Shown here: piece by piece, positions 1-13,060 of the stretch | Position numbering within the stretch: the first letter of the stretch is position 1 | How the letters are laid out: every line of letters starts with the position of its first letter | Assembly (NCBI GenBank): GCA_033442325.1 | Contig: JAWQFM010000021.1 | Location: forward strand, 889,072-953,071 | Direction: 5' to 3' | DNA length: 64,000 nucleotides | From: Salpingoeca rosetta | Taxonomy: Eukaryota; Protista; Choanoflagellata | Program-made: the position numbers and the translations under genes | The notes under the pieces: generated by a model | What the model saw: only the letters and a program-made list of their open reading frames with translations | What the model was told of the DNA's origin: nothing | The model's database searches: none

Positions 1-2121
1 GAAGCCAATTGTTGCTCATCAATTTCAACGTGGTTCATGCACACATGCACACATGCACACACATGTGCGCTGCTGACAACGACAGCGTTGCTGCGGGCAA
101 TTCACACACGCTGGCTGCAACGAGTCTCGGACACGTGTACCTCGCTGGTACTTCTTGGCACGCAACAGCATGTGAGTTGTCGGGGCACCTGAAAGCAGCG
201 GTTCGGTGGTCGTGATGGCGTTTGGTCGTGATTGGTTACGGAGGAGATTGGACATGCTCATTGGTTTGACCCACCTACAATATCAACACTCACAGCCGAT
301 GTTCCCGCCGTCAACCACAATCACACACATGTACTCACACATACTCACAATCACACACCCCCGAAACACGTACACACACGTACGCACACACACACACACG
401 TACACCCAAACATACAGCGCTATCCTCCCGCGTACCGTTTGACCGGCTGCTGTTCACGCTCGTGCCTGCGCTCTCGTGCGTGCGCGCGTGCTCTCTTGCT
501 GCCGGTGACCACTTCAGCGCGGCCGCGTCGCTCTGTACATGTGTACGCCCGCAAGCACTCGACACCACGCCCAGTGCTGTGCGCGCGCGTGGTGTTGGTG
601 GGAGATCTGGACTCTCAGTGGCACACACAGCATCCACACCATCATCATCGTCATCAGTGCAATCCTCGTCCATGTCCTCAACATCACACCCGTCATCATC
701 GTCGTCGTCGTCGTGCACAGCGGTTGTGCATCTTGTTGCCCCGGAACACGAGGAGCACATGGCCAAAATGAAACGCCGCTTTGCGCACTACCGCTCATAC
801 GTCAATCATCCCCACGGCCAGCGCCTTGACGCAATCCTGGCCAAACCGCTGCCCAAACCGCGCGGCGCCGTACACAAACACGTGGATGGCGCGTGCGTGC
901 GTGAGCTGAGCGGTGTGCACGAGACGTGTGCTGTCGTGTGCACTTCCACGTGTCGCCCCTGCGATGAAATCGCTATTGTGCAGGCGCTCACGGCACGCGA
1001 AATGGATGCTGTGAACCACTCACGAACCTTGCTGCGCGGGGGCTTCCTGCCCTTGAAGAAGAGCAAGAAAGTTAAGGCGCTGCTGTCGCCGTCGTCCTAC
1101 CGCATCCTCGCAGCTGCCGTGGATGCGTACAGTGCACTGTGGCAGACAACGTGTGCGCTTGTGGACCGCCTGCTCATCCTCATCCACCATCGCAAGGGCG
1201 CCGCCCTCATCCCAGTGCGTGCAAGATGCTCTGCTGCGTGATGACACGATTGTGCGAATTGGGATGGTGTTTGTTGCGTAGGTTATGCTTTTCGTGTCTT
1301 GTGTGGCTGTGTCCGCCGGTTCTGTTTTCCCTTCTTGCTTGCCGTTGCTGCGCGGTGTGCATGTTCCACTTTCCATGTGGGTATGTGTTCGCAACATCAC
1401 AAGCCATACGTTCATTCTCCACCATCTCGCCGCCGTAGTCTCACACCCCCCTGCTGCTACACCGCAACATGCGCTTTGTCGCCTGCTGCAGCAACTGTTT
1501 GAGTCGCTTGGCCTGACGACTGCGTATGCGGCGTACGGGAGCGCAGCAGCAGATGCAGCGGCAATGGGACTGGCGATGGATACAGAGGTGCAGTCCGCAC
1601 TCGCGCAAGGCATCGAGGCCACGACGGGCGTCCCCGTCAGTGCAGACAACCTGCTCCAGTGGGCTCTCATGCAGGTGTGATGGCTTACGTGGTGATGGCT
1701 TACGTGATGGTGGTGGTGGTGATGGTGATGATGATGATGCATTGCGATGCTAGCATTGCTGTTGTGTATGAGACTTGCCGCTGCGTGTGGATGAACTGCC
1801 TCTTCTCAAGATGACACATGTCGCCTGTCTTCCTGCATTACATCACTCTTCCCACGCCATTGCACGTTGCCCTTGTCTCTTCGTTCACCCCATCCCCTGT
1901 CCATGCTCCTTCCACCATCCTTGCCTCCAAACAACACCATCTGCCTTCACTGCAGCCGTTCAAGCGTCTCAATGACTACAGCGCCATGTTTCGTCTCCTT
2001 GCCCGCTGCTCTCTCACGCCCACGGCCGAACAGCGGCGGACGATGCACGAGGCCTCGCTCGCCTGGGAGTCGCTCGCCAAGGTGCCAACTGCACACAATG
2101 TCCTGTTGTTAAAGTGTGTGG

Positions 2122-2163
<42 letters not shown>

Positions 2164-2463
2164 GTGTGTGTGGGGGGGGGTGTGCGTGTGCGTGTTCGTT
2201 TTCCTGAGAATGCGTTGGATCTGATATTTGATTCTCAACGCTTCGATAACACAACACCCCAATTTGAATTTGGGCTGTGCGTTGGTGATGTGCAATCGTC
2301 TCCAGCACACGCGCGTTGCGTTTGATGAAGCAACAGACACATCCCGGTTCTGGAAAATCAATCCAGCGTAAGTGCTGCTAATGCCATCGCGCTGCCAGTG
2401 TTGTTGTCAACCGCAACAACCACATGTGCACACGTTTCGCATACGCACACTCACTCACGAGCG

Positions 2464-2500
<37 letters not shown>

Positions 2501-2936
2501 TCACTCACTCACTCACTCACTCACATTACTCCCCCCCCCCACACACACACACACACAAACACATACAAACAGGCTGCGCCGGTCGCTGTGCAAGCCAGGA
2601 CGGCGCGTGGTGGCACACAGCGCCAAGGTGCCCATCCACGTGCGTGCAAGCATCAACTCCAACATGGTCGTGCTCTTCAACGACACGCTGTTTGTTGCGT
2701 ACATGTTCAGCAGCCGCACGTATGACCTGGCAACCATCTGGATGGAGGAGCCACCGCACACCGCTAAGGACAGGGAGGACTTTGCTTTTACGCTCGTGTG
2801 TCCGGAAGAACGGCTTGTCTTGGCGGCGCCAAACAGAAACAACCTCGCATTCTGGATTGAGGCAATCAAGCTTGCACAGTGCCAGCTCTTTGTTCCCGTC
2901 CGCAGAAGCAACAGCAACAGCAAGAGCAACAGCACG

Positions 2937-2967
<31 letters not shown>

Positions 2968-3240
2968 GCAACAACAAGGGTGCGAATGGGACACGCAACA
3001 ACAACCACAAGGAGACAGCTCGCACTGCCACCATCGCTTCCACCACCACCACCACCACGTCCAAGGCAGCACGGGCAAAGAGCAAACGCACGAGCACAAC
3101 CCACGGCGCGCGCAGTGCAGGCAGTCGCGTTGGTGAGGGCCGGGCGAAGCGTCGTGCTGACTCTGGCAAGGCGGCATCGTCGGTTGACATGGCCAGTGGT
3201 GGCAGTCATCGTGACAACGGCGGTGGTAATGGTGGCGATA

Positions 3241-3281
<41 letters not shown>

Positions 3282-3926
3282 AAGGAGGAGGAGGAGGAGG
3301 AGGAGATTGTGAGGGAGCTGCTGAGCGACAGTGATGCAGCGACAACACACGCGCACGCGCACAGACACCAGACCCTCAACACGCCTCAACACGTCAGCCC
3401 AACACGGCTACAAACGCAACAGCAGCTGCGCCAGTTGCAGCGGGCGCGTGATGGCGGAGGAACGCGACAACGGACGCGAACACGAAGCACCGGTGAAGAG
3501 ACAGTGACTGCCGACCGTGTGCTGCGGGCTGTGGGCGTTGATGATGTCGATGACGATGACGATGACGATGATGATGATGATCAAGATGATGACGGTGTTG
3601 GTTGTGGTGAGAGCACTGACACAGTGAACGGTGGATCACGCGGTGAAGTGGATGGTGGTGGTGGTGGTGATGATGATGATGATGATGATGAGGACAAGGA
3701 AGAAGAAAGCAGCGAGAGCTTCAATGAGGAAGATGATGCATGGCACTCGCTCACGTCATCATCGTCATCATCATCATCCGCAACAAGCGCCAATGGCGAT
3801 GGCAGAGATGCGGACGTCGTGAACGTTGTTGGCAACAGGCGTGGTGATCGCGGTGTTGTTGTTCACGTCAACCCAACGCGGCGTCTCAGCAGCAGCAGCG
3901 CCTCATTCGCACAGCCGCAGACACAT

Positions 3927-3961
<35 letters not shown>

Positions 3962-5026
3962 GTCATCTGGAAGCTCTGATGCTGCAGTGCGCGCACATCA
4001 GGAAGGGAAGACAGCAAAGAAGAACAAAACGGCGAAGCGTGTGCGCATGTACCGCGTGGGACACGACGCCCTCAAAGCCGTTGTGGCGCACGAACGTCAA
4101 GCCGTGTCGCTGGCCCACCACCACCGCCTTGTGCGCCGCATCTGCCGCTACCACTTCCGCAACCACCCGCACTACCGCGGCGCCGTGTACGATGGCGAGT
4201 GGCGCAACGCAAAGCCGTCGGGGGAGGGCACCATGACGTGCAGCGACCGCACGCGCTACTCCGGCATGTTTGTGGACGGCTTTTGCGAGGGGATGGCCAC
4301 GATGGAGGCACCGTATGGTGTTGGTTCCATGGCTGTTGCGTCCGGCATGTGGCACCGTGGGTCACTGGACGGCCACGCGTGTGTGCTGTACCACAACAAG
4401 GACAAGTACCTTGGCGAGTGGCAGGCGCACGCCCACCACGGCTACGGCGTGTGCACGTACGCAAACGGCAGCGTGTACCGCGGCGAATGGCGCAACGGGC
4501 TGCGGTCTGGGTATGGCACGCTCGTGTCTGCGTCGCTGGTGTACTGCGGCATGTGGCGTGACGATGCGTTTCATGGGCCAGGTCTCCTCATTGAGGACGA
4601 CACATTGCACGAGGGCGAGTTTGCAGCCGGCAAGCTCGTTGGCCAGGCCCTCATCGCATCCGCACGTGATAACGTACATGTGTGTGTGTTTGTGGGGGGG
4701 GGGGAGGGATTTGTGTGTGCATGTATACACGTGTGTGTAAGAGAGTGAGTGGTGCCATGCCTTTCCTCTTCGTGCGAGCTTGCAAGTTTACTTGCACTTT
4801 TTTGTGTTTGCTTCGGGGGTTTTGTTTGCTTGTGTGACCTGCCTCACCTCACCTGCCTGCCATGGGCTCACACCTGTTGTCGCGCCTCTCCCGTTCCAAC
4901 AGGTGTGGTTCGTCGGCGGTGTTGTGCAGCGAGGGTTCTTGCAAGGAAAAGGCGTTCTGCACACACAACACTGCATCATTGGTACGTTGTATGCTGCTGC
5001 ACGTGCATGTGTGTGTATGTGTGTGT

Positions 5027-5076
<50 letters not shown>

Positions 5077-6045
5077 TGCTGTTGCTTTGTATTGAAGCAT
5101 GAAAACACGCGTTTCTCGTGCATGTGTAATTTGACGTTCGCTCGGCACAAATGAACGCCACTGTGAATCGCGTTGCGCCCACCTGCCACCTGCAAGCTCC
5201 CCCATTCTCCTCACATGACCAACACACACACGTGTGCATGTGAATGCCATGTTTCACCTGCGGTGTTGGCAGAGGGCGTGTTCAATGGCCCATGGGAGCC
5301 GAGCAGTATTCCCGCATCATCAGCTGTCGTCCACGCCAGCGCTCCATCGCAGCAGCACCACGCGCCCTCGTGTACAGCACCTAGAGCGTCCCTGACGAAA
5401 GGGAGGACTGGCATCGACGAACTTGTGCGTGCCATGACGCAACACGTCCACCAGCACCGCTCGCGTGTGCTGTGGAAGAAGTCGCGGCTGCAGACGAACA
5501 CGGGCGCGCTCACGGAGACGGCGCTGCGCACGTGGGAGCAAGTCAGACCGCAGGACAAGTGGAGGCCTCTCTTTGAGCGATGCATTCGGGATGTACGTCT
5601 TGTGTTTTGCAGTAGGAGTCGGTGGGGGCACGAGGGAGTGTTGTACCGTTGTGGCGGATGATGTCGTTTGTGCGTGTGCGTGCGTGCGTGCGTGGTTGTT
5701 TTGTGTGTGTACATGTCTGTTGTGTGCGTGTGCGTGTGTTCGCGTCTGCCTCACACCTGTTGTGGGACTGCGCGTTTGCGTGTTCAGCTGCGGCGATTAG
5801 AGAGCAGGCGCTCGTCGTTCCAATGCAACAGCGGCGGTGGCGGCCCAACGCGTCCACAGCTCCCACCATCCGATCTACACGACCTGACGTACGTCCGCTC
5901 GTGCGTGTGTGCGAGTGTGTATGTGTGTGTATGTGTATGTGTGCGTGTGTGTATGTGTGTGCGCGCACGTCCACGTCTTGATTGTCAATGTTTATTGCAG
6001 TTCATGTCCCTTTCTAGATGTTGCGTGCTTTACAACAATCATCAT

Positions 6046-6124
<79 letters not shown>

Positions 6125-9069
6125 TCAATGACCCATTGGTTGGCGCAGGGCCTACTTGTGGCGAAAACTTCATGACCACGCCCACCCGTGGGGACGCCTG
6201 GTGGAGGATTTGACCGACGCGTTTCATTCCGCTTATGGTGGCGTGGTTGTCGGCTCGCGATCAGCCGCCCACGCTGTGGAGGAGGTATGTCGGGGGGGGG
6301 GGGGGGGAGGCGCGGAACATGTGTGTGCGTGCGTGTGCATGTGTGAGTGAGTGTGTGTGGCGTTTTGTTCCGATGCATGACGATATTGATCGCTCCATAT
6401 GGAAGTCAATGCACCTCACGTGCGCAATTCTTGCGTGTCCGCGACCTTTGGTTGTGTTTTGCTTTCGTCAGTTCCATGGCATGCTTCGCAATCTGGAGAA
6501 GACAGTTCTCATTGTGTATCCTCAACTCAAGGGCTTCGAGTACGTTTTTCACGCGTTGCAACACATCTGTGCGCACACACATGGGACCGCAGCCCTCACC
6601 TCGCGTCCTGTTGTTCACGTCCATATTGCATCAATCGTCATCCCGCTGTTCACACACGCACTCACACTCGTGCACACACAAACACACACACACACACACA
6701 CGCACACACATGCTCATGCACACCTTCACGTGCGGTTCAGGTGCGACCATTGTGCGTATGGTTTCCTGCAGCGCAGTCCCGTACACGCGAGCGTCTACCA
6801 CGTCGTGCTCGAGCCCGTCCTTGCAGAACACATTGATGACACTCTTCGTCCACTCCTCCAGGCAGCGACACAGGTCTGGTTTGTTTCGTGTGTGTGTGCG
6901 TGTGTGTGTGCACGCGTACATGTGCTTGCGTGCTGTCATTACCGTACATGACATCATGCTTGCTTGTGTTTTCACACATGGGCGTGTGTCAATCATTCAC
7001 TTGTCTCGCTCCTCCCAACCGCCACACCATCTCATTTGGTTCCTTCTCGTCCAGTCGCTGGACGCGTGTGTGCGACGAAGAACGGACGTGCTGCAAGTGC
7101 TCCCAGACGATCTCCTCTTAAAGGAGCTCAATGTCGACCCAAAGTTCGCATCAGCGCCGCGTGTTTGTGTGTGTGCGCGTCTGTCTGTGTGTGTCTGTGC
7201 GTGTGTGTGTGTGTGTGTCTGTGTGCGTGTGTGTGTCCATGCCAGCGTTTCCTGTCGCGTCGTTGCTCAAGCCGCCTGATATGTGGTTTTGTTCTCATCA
7301 TCATAACCACCACCTCCACTCCTTCCCAAAGGTTCTTGCCTGCTGTTTCTCGCTTTCCGGATCCAGCGACGCCAGCGAGGGTAAGACGAGACCAGTGCAT
7401 CAACCACTCTTTGTCGCTCGCAGCCCATTGGCAGTCCATTGATCAAGCACGTGCTGATGATCCTTAAACGACCTGGCCCCATGCACATGCACATTCACGC
7501 ACACAACACACAGCGCAAAGCGCATTTGCGAGCATATTCACAGCTTGATCCTTTGTTGTCTCTTCACAGTCGATTGCGACGTCGACACCGCGCCGTCGCG
7601 CTCCGCGCACCCTCTCGCCAGCACCATCCGATCCGGGTGCGCAGGACGTGCGCTTGTGTGTGTGTGTGTGTGTGTGCGTGTGTGTGTGCGTGTGTGCACA
7701 TAAAGTGCGTGCACTTGTTTTTGCGGTTGGCGCCTGCATGTTGTTGTTTCATTCTTCATGGGCTCACCATCTGTGGTGCTGTTGTGTCTCAGACCCCAAT
7801 GACTCCTCTCGCTCCTCCAGCTCGCTGGTGCGTACTCGTTCCACGCGCATGCGCGCATATGGCGCTACTTTGCTTCATACACGCCTCATCTCACACTCAC
7901 ATGCACGCATTCTGAACGAACGCACATGTGTTCTGAACACACACACACACGTACTCACACACACACACACACATATATATCACACCCCTACCCACACACG
8001 TGCACATACACGCTGCAGGTGTTGGACGCCTCGGCCAACGAGCCGCCCCCGGGCACACTGCACGCCCCGTTTGCCGGCGAGCGGCTGTCTGAGGACTACC
8101 TGCTCAGTCTTCCGCGCACGGCAATACCGTGGTCGGGCGGGTCATCAAGGGCAGACAGCGTTCTCGCACTGCACACGCCGAGGTGCGCTGCCGTGCATGC
8201 TGTGTTGTTTGCTTGCTTGTTTGTTTGTTTGTTTGTTTTTTTTTTTTGTTTTTTTTTTGTGTGTGTGTGTGTGTTTGTGTGTTTGTGTGTTGGTGTTTGT
8301 GTGTGTGTGTGTGTTTGTTGTCTTGTTTGTTTGTTTGTTTGTTTGTTGTTTGTTGTTTGTTGGTTTGTGTGTGTTCGTTCGTTCATTTGTTGACCCAATC
8401 TTCTGCAAGTCTTCTCGTTCCCACGTTACCTGCATGCCTTTTCCCTCATCACTCTCGTATTCTTATCCTCCGTGCGTTACCTCCCATTCGTCTGCCAGCC
8501 GATCACCAACAATGGACAGCGCATCGGTGCGTGGCACTCGATTCCATTTGCCCTTGCACGCTGTGCCCCTCTATGATTGTTGTCTTCAATGGCATTGTTA
8601 TGACACTCACCCTTTGTTTGTGCCATCATGTGTGCACATGTGTGGATGTGTGCGTGTATTTTATTTCGTTCAGTCGCTGCATTTGGACCAGTCGTCCCTG
8701 AACGCAACGCTGGGGCAGCACTCGCTCTACCTCAACCCAATGTACGCACATGCACACACGCCTCCTCCCCCGTTGAGTTTGTGTTTCTTCGCCCCAGAGT
8801 GACCACGCCATCATCTGTTCACGCCGCATCTGATTGTATGGTTGCTTGTTCGTCAACACCAACCCTCGCGCCTCCCCTTTCCCTGTCACTGCCATCGTAC
8901 ACGCGCACTCTCACTGCCCTGTACTCTTTGTTTGCATTGTCGCCATCACGCGCACGACACCAAATCATTGCCGCAGCACGCAAGACGGGTCGCCTGGCTT
9001 GATGTTGGATTGCGTCCTCCTCCCACCACACCACGTCTTCCAGCCAGGGTGAGCTCGTGTATGTATTGT

Positions 9070-9151
<82 letters not shown>

Positions 9152-9781
9152 GTGTTGTACATTGTGCAAGTTATCGGCAAAATGCACCCTGCTCCTTTCC
9201 CAACACCCCGCCACGACCCTTTTCTCTTACCACGACGACGACCACCACTACCATGTCTTCCTCGTCCCCACACCTGTGCAGGTTTGTTGACGCGGTGCAA
9301 GAGTTTCAGCGCCTTCCACGCCTTCATGGCGCAGCGGCCAAGATCAACTGCATTCATCGCGTTGCCGCCTCCCTCGCCGGGGCCGCACACCAGTTTACAG
9401 GACAGGTGCGCATCTGCATACACACACGTTCACATCAAACCTGCGCTGTTTGTCGTCGTTTACTGCGCCTGCGCTGTCGTGTTAACCAACTCTTTCGACG
9501 TCGACATATGCGTTCCCCACAGCCCCCCCCCCCCCACACACACACACACTTACACACACACTTTTACACACTTGCACACCTTTTCTGGTCGCCAGGAGTC
9601 TGTGGTGAACATGGATGCGCTGCTGCCGCTGTTCATCTTCGCCCTCGTGCGGGCGGAACTGGATAGCGTGCAGGCAGACCTGCTGTACCTCCACCTCTTC
9701 CTCGACGACACCATCGCCTCGGGCGAAACAAACATGCTCATCACGACGCTGCTCGCCGCGTGCGAATACCTTCAACAGTGA
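1..9781 (+). CDS. ALS2: Alsin-like Rab5 GEF (RCC1 repeats, DH/PH, MORN repeats, VPS9); multi-exon, 5' end upstream of window
   Basis: RCC1-repeat signatures VAAGNSHTLAATSLGHVYLAG (~85-150) and SLAAGDHFSAA (~490-525). DH-type QPFKRLNDYSAMFRLL (~1953). TSRFWKINP|LRRSLCKPGRRVVAHS matches the alsin DH-PH junction. PH exon 2573-2900. MORN repeats 4185-4640 (YDGEWRNAKPSGEG, YLGEWQAHAHHGYG, YRGEWRNGLRSGYG). Last exon is VPS9-like (VNMDALLPLFIFALVRA...GETNMLITTLLAAC) with TGA at 9779-9781. Confidence 0.88.
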
Positions 9782-10262
9782 CACAACCTCTTGCTGTGTG
9801 TATGTGTGTGCTTTTTGATATGAGTCGTAAGGGATGGGTGATTGTCTCAAGGTGTTTGCAATTCACACCGCCTCTTGACCCCTCAGTTGTCTTGCCTGCA
9901 GGCAAGTATTATTGGTCTCAGGTGGTGGTGTGAGTGTTGCTTTCGTACTCCACCACGTGTTGCCTCCAGGGTGTTGGGTTTTCAATGTAATTGACGTACA
10001 CAAATTGTGGGTAACACAATGCAACTTGCTTGGAGGCAGCCTCCACCTCGATCATCGTCATTAGGAAAGATAAACAGCATGCCGTGAAAAGGAGGAAGAA
10101 ACAAAAGCAATATGGACTGAAATGAAATGTATCTCACACACCAAGAGAACACACCAAGAGACTCTTGTTGTTGTCATTCGAGATTCACCACTATTCTCGC
10201 TCACACTTACACACGGGCACATACACCCTCACACACACACACAGCACACACACACACACACA

Positions 10263-10297
<35 letters not shown>

Positions 10298-10309
10298 GCA
10301 CACCAGCTT

Positions 10310-10958
10310 TCAGTTTGGCAGCGTGTAAGGCCTGGCCGTCTGCTCCAGCGTGCCCTTAACCGTTTCGGGGTTGTGGTTGTAGGTGGCGGGGCATGCCTGG
10401 CGCGATTCCTCCCGCGACAGTTCATGCAAGCGGGCAACAGCCTCGACGTGGCAGAAGTACAGGTACTCGCGTGCCTTGTGCGGCGCATCAATGTTTGGCT
10501 TCTTCCATGTTGGAAACTGGACGCCAAAGTCCTCAAAGGAAATGGTCTTGTCACCAACACGCAAGCGTCTACCCTCACGCAGACTGGTCAGGCATGAGCG
10601 GGGGACAAGCTGCCCCGTGCCCATCATGTGCACACCCTTGAACCCGGACGGCTGATGCGAGCAGTCGTGACGGTCGTGCTCCTCGGGGTTGGACACATTC
10701 AGATGCCCGCGCTCGCGTGTGCACGGGTAGCCGCACCACGGGCAGCGTTCACCACAGCGCGGTTTGGCGTTTGCCGCGCTGACATACTGCCTGTCAGTCA
10801 GGTGCTCAAGCAAGTCCTTTGCAAACTGGTCCTTTGTGTCGTTCCAGCTGGACAGCAGCGCCTCGGTGCTGAGCTCACCGTTGCCAACGCGCAGTTTTGC
10901 AATCTCCGTCAGCATCTCAGACACGTCGTCAACCTCAATCCGTGCCTTGGTCTCATCG

Positions 10959-10990
<32 letters not shown>

Positions 10991-13007
10991 GTCGTCGTCG
11001 TCGTTGTCGTCGTCGTTGTCGTCGTCATCGTCGTTGTCGTTGTCGGGCACAACAGCGCGGTTGGCTTCGTCGTAGAGAACATCAAACTTGCGGGCGAGCG
11101 TAGCCAGCTTGTTGCCCTTTGCCTTGCGCCTGAGCAGCCGCAGCACTTCAACCTCCGGCTGCTCAGTCTTGTCTGGCAGCTCCACCGAAGCGATGCAGTC
11201 CTTCACCTTGGCCAGGTACGCTGCCATGGCTGTTCGCAGGTGGGACGAGGCAGCGTCGTCGTCTTCGCGTGGCTGCTCAAGGTACTTGAGCGTCATTCGC
11301 CGTGTCATGTCATCAAAGTGCTGGTCCGTGTGCTGCACGCGATCAAGGATGGTGTCCACATCGCCATTCTCGTGCATGGCCAAGAGCTCCAGGTCCACCA
11401 GTGCGGCCACCACAGAGGCGTTGGTGATGAACTCTTCCTCTACCACCTTTGGCGCGAACTTGGCCGTGACATACTCGAGAAAGTCGGGCAACCACGCCTC
11501 GTGGAGTGCCTCCGTGATGTTGAACTTGAGCAGGCTGATGCCCTTCAAGCCCTTCATGATGGCCTCAGCGTACTTGTGCAGGCTGTCGCGAGAGCCTGCG
11601 ATGCGCCAGTACAGGCTGTTCTGCATGTCCCACTGGTGCTGAAGCAGGAGGAGCTGTGCCCGCAGCTGCCAGAACACAGCGTGGAGAAGTCCTTGCCGGA
11701 AGCTCACGGAGGAAATGCCAGCGTCGGCGTGCTGTTTGTCTGCATCGCGCAGAGCGTTGAACACAATGTCGTCGGAGTAGCACTTGTGTCCTGCGACTGC
11801 CCGATCAACAGCCGTCTTGGACATCTCCCTGATGAGTGCGCGCGCGTCAATGGTGGAGTCACGGCCCTGCAGGCGCGCCAGCACCGCAGCCCAGAAGGGC
11901 TTCTTGTTGTCCACCTTCACACGCTTTCCTGGCTTCATGGGCACGTGCTCCTGGGTGATTTGCGCGTACATGTTGTGGTCGCCTGCGACGTGCTGGAACA
12001 CGACGTCACATCACGAATGTTGTCGTCAACCTTGTCCTCATCTAAGGGATGGTCGGTGAGAATCTTCTCCAGGACTTGGTCGAACCAACGAGTGAACACG
12101 GCATGCACGTCAACGTCGTCGTCACTGGCGTCCCTCAGCTCCAGGAACCTGATCTTGAGCCACTGCCGAATCTCTTGCTGCATGGCCTTCTCCTTGCGCT
12201 CCGACCCGAGGTGTTTGGCAATCAGGGATGCAAGCAGCGCCTTCCAGTGGCTGTTCTGTGCTGCAATGAAGTCGTCCCATCGCACCATCTGCGTTGCCTC
12301 CCACTGCTGGAAGTCCTCAAGGAAGGTCCTCACCCTCTCCGTCATGATTTTGCGTTCGTTCTGCGTCTTGTGCATGAGCACGCCAGCCCAGTGCTCAATC
12401 TTTGCGGCGATGTACACTTCCGTCATCTCGCCGCCCTCGTCAGAGGTGGTGCTCTCGCCATCCAGCACACTGTCGGCCACGACGTCGTACGCGTAGCGAT
12501 ACACGCGCGCAAGCCGCTGCTGCAGAGCCGTCAGCCCAACCGTCATGCGGGTGTACGCCTGCCGCTCCACAATGGTGGCAAAGCTGACGGCAAAGTGGGC
12601 CGAGTCCAGGCACTGCCACACCGTGTTGGCCAGGGTCTGGATACCGCCAATGGTGCGGGCACGCCACTCTTCCTGCTCCGTCACGCGCTTGTGGATGTAG
12701 CGGCGCAGCTGCAGCAGGGCCTTGGCATACTCGGCCTGCGGCTTGTCTTCGGGCGGGAAGTCGCCAGCCTTGATCTGCCCAATCACGTGCACGTCACTCT
12801 CCATGGGGTCATCCAGGGAGCAGCGGAGGTCGCGCGTGAAGAGCTTGGCAGAGGCAGCAGAGGCCTCCTGTGGCGTTGGCTGGCGGCGGTGGGCCTGCAC
12901 GTGCCGCCGCATCAGCTGCTGGTGGTGTGGATCCATCTGAGGCTGAACACGGCGCCGGCCAACAGCCCGAAGGGCAACCATGTGCTGGTCGCTCATGTCG
13001 TCATCGC

Positions 13008-13060
<53 letters not shown>

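Noticed and set aside
672-1241. ATG at 672 as the start of an RCC1-less ALS2CL-like gene
   Set aside because: RCC1-repeat motifs at ~85-150 and ~490-525 show the gene extends upstream beyond the window.
9782-10309. Search for TSDs, poly-A or terminal repeats flanking the intronless GTPase as evidence of a mobile element
   Set aside because: None recognisable; both flanks are CA/TG microsatellites, and no transposase or RT motifs were seen in the window.
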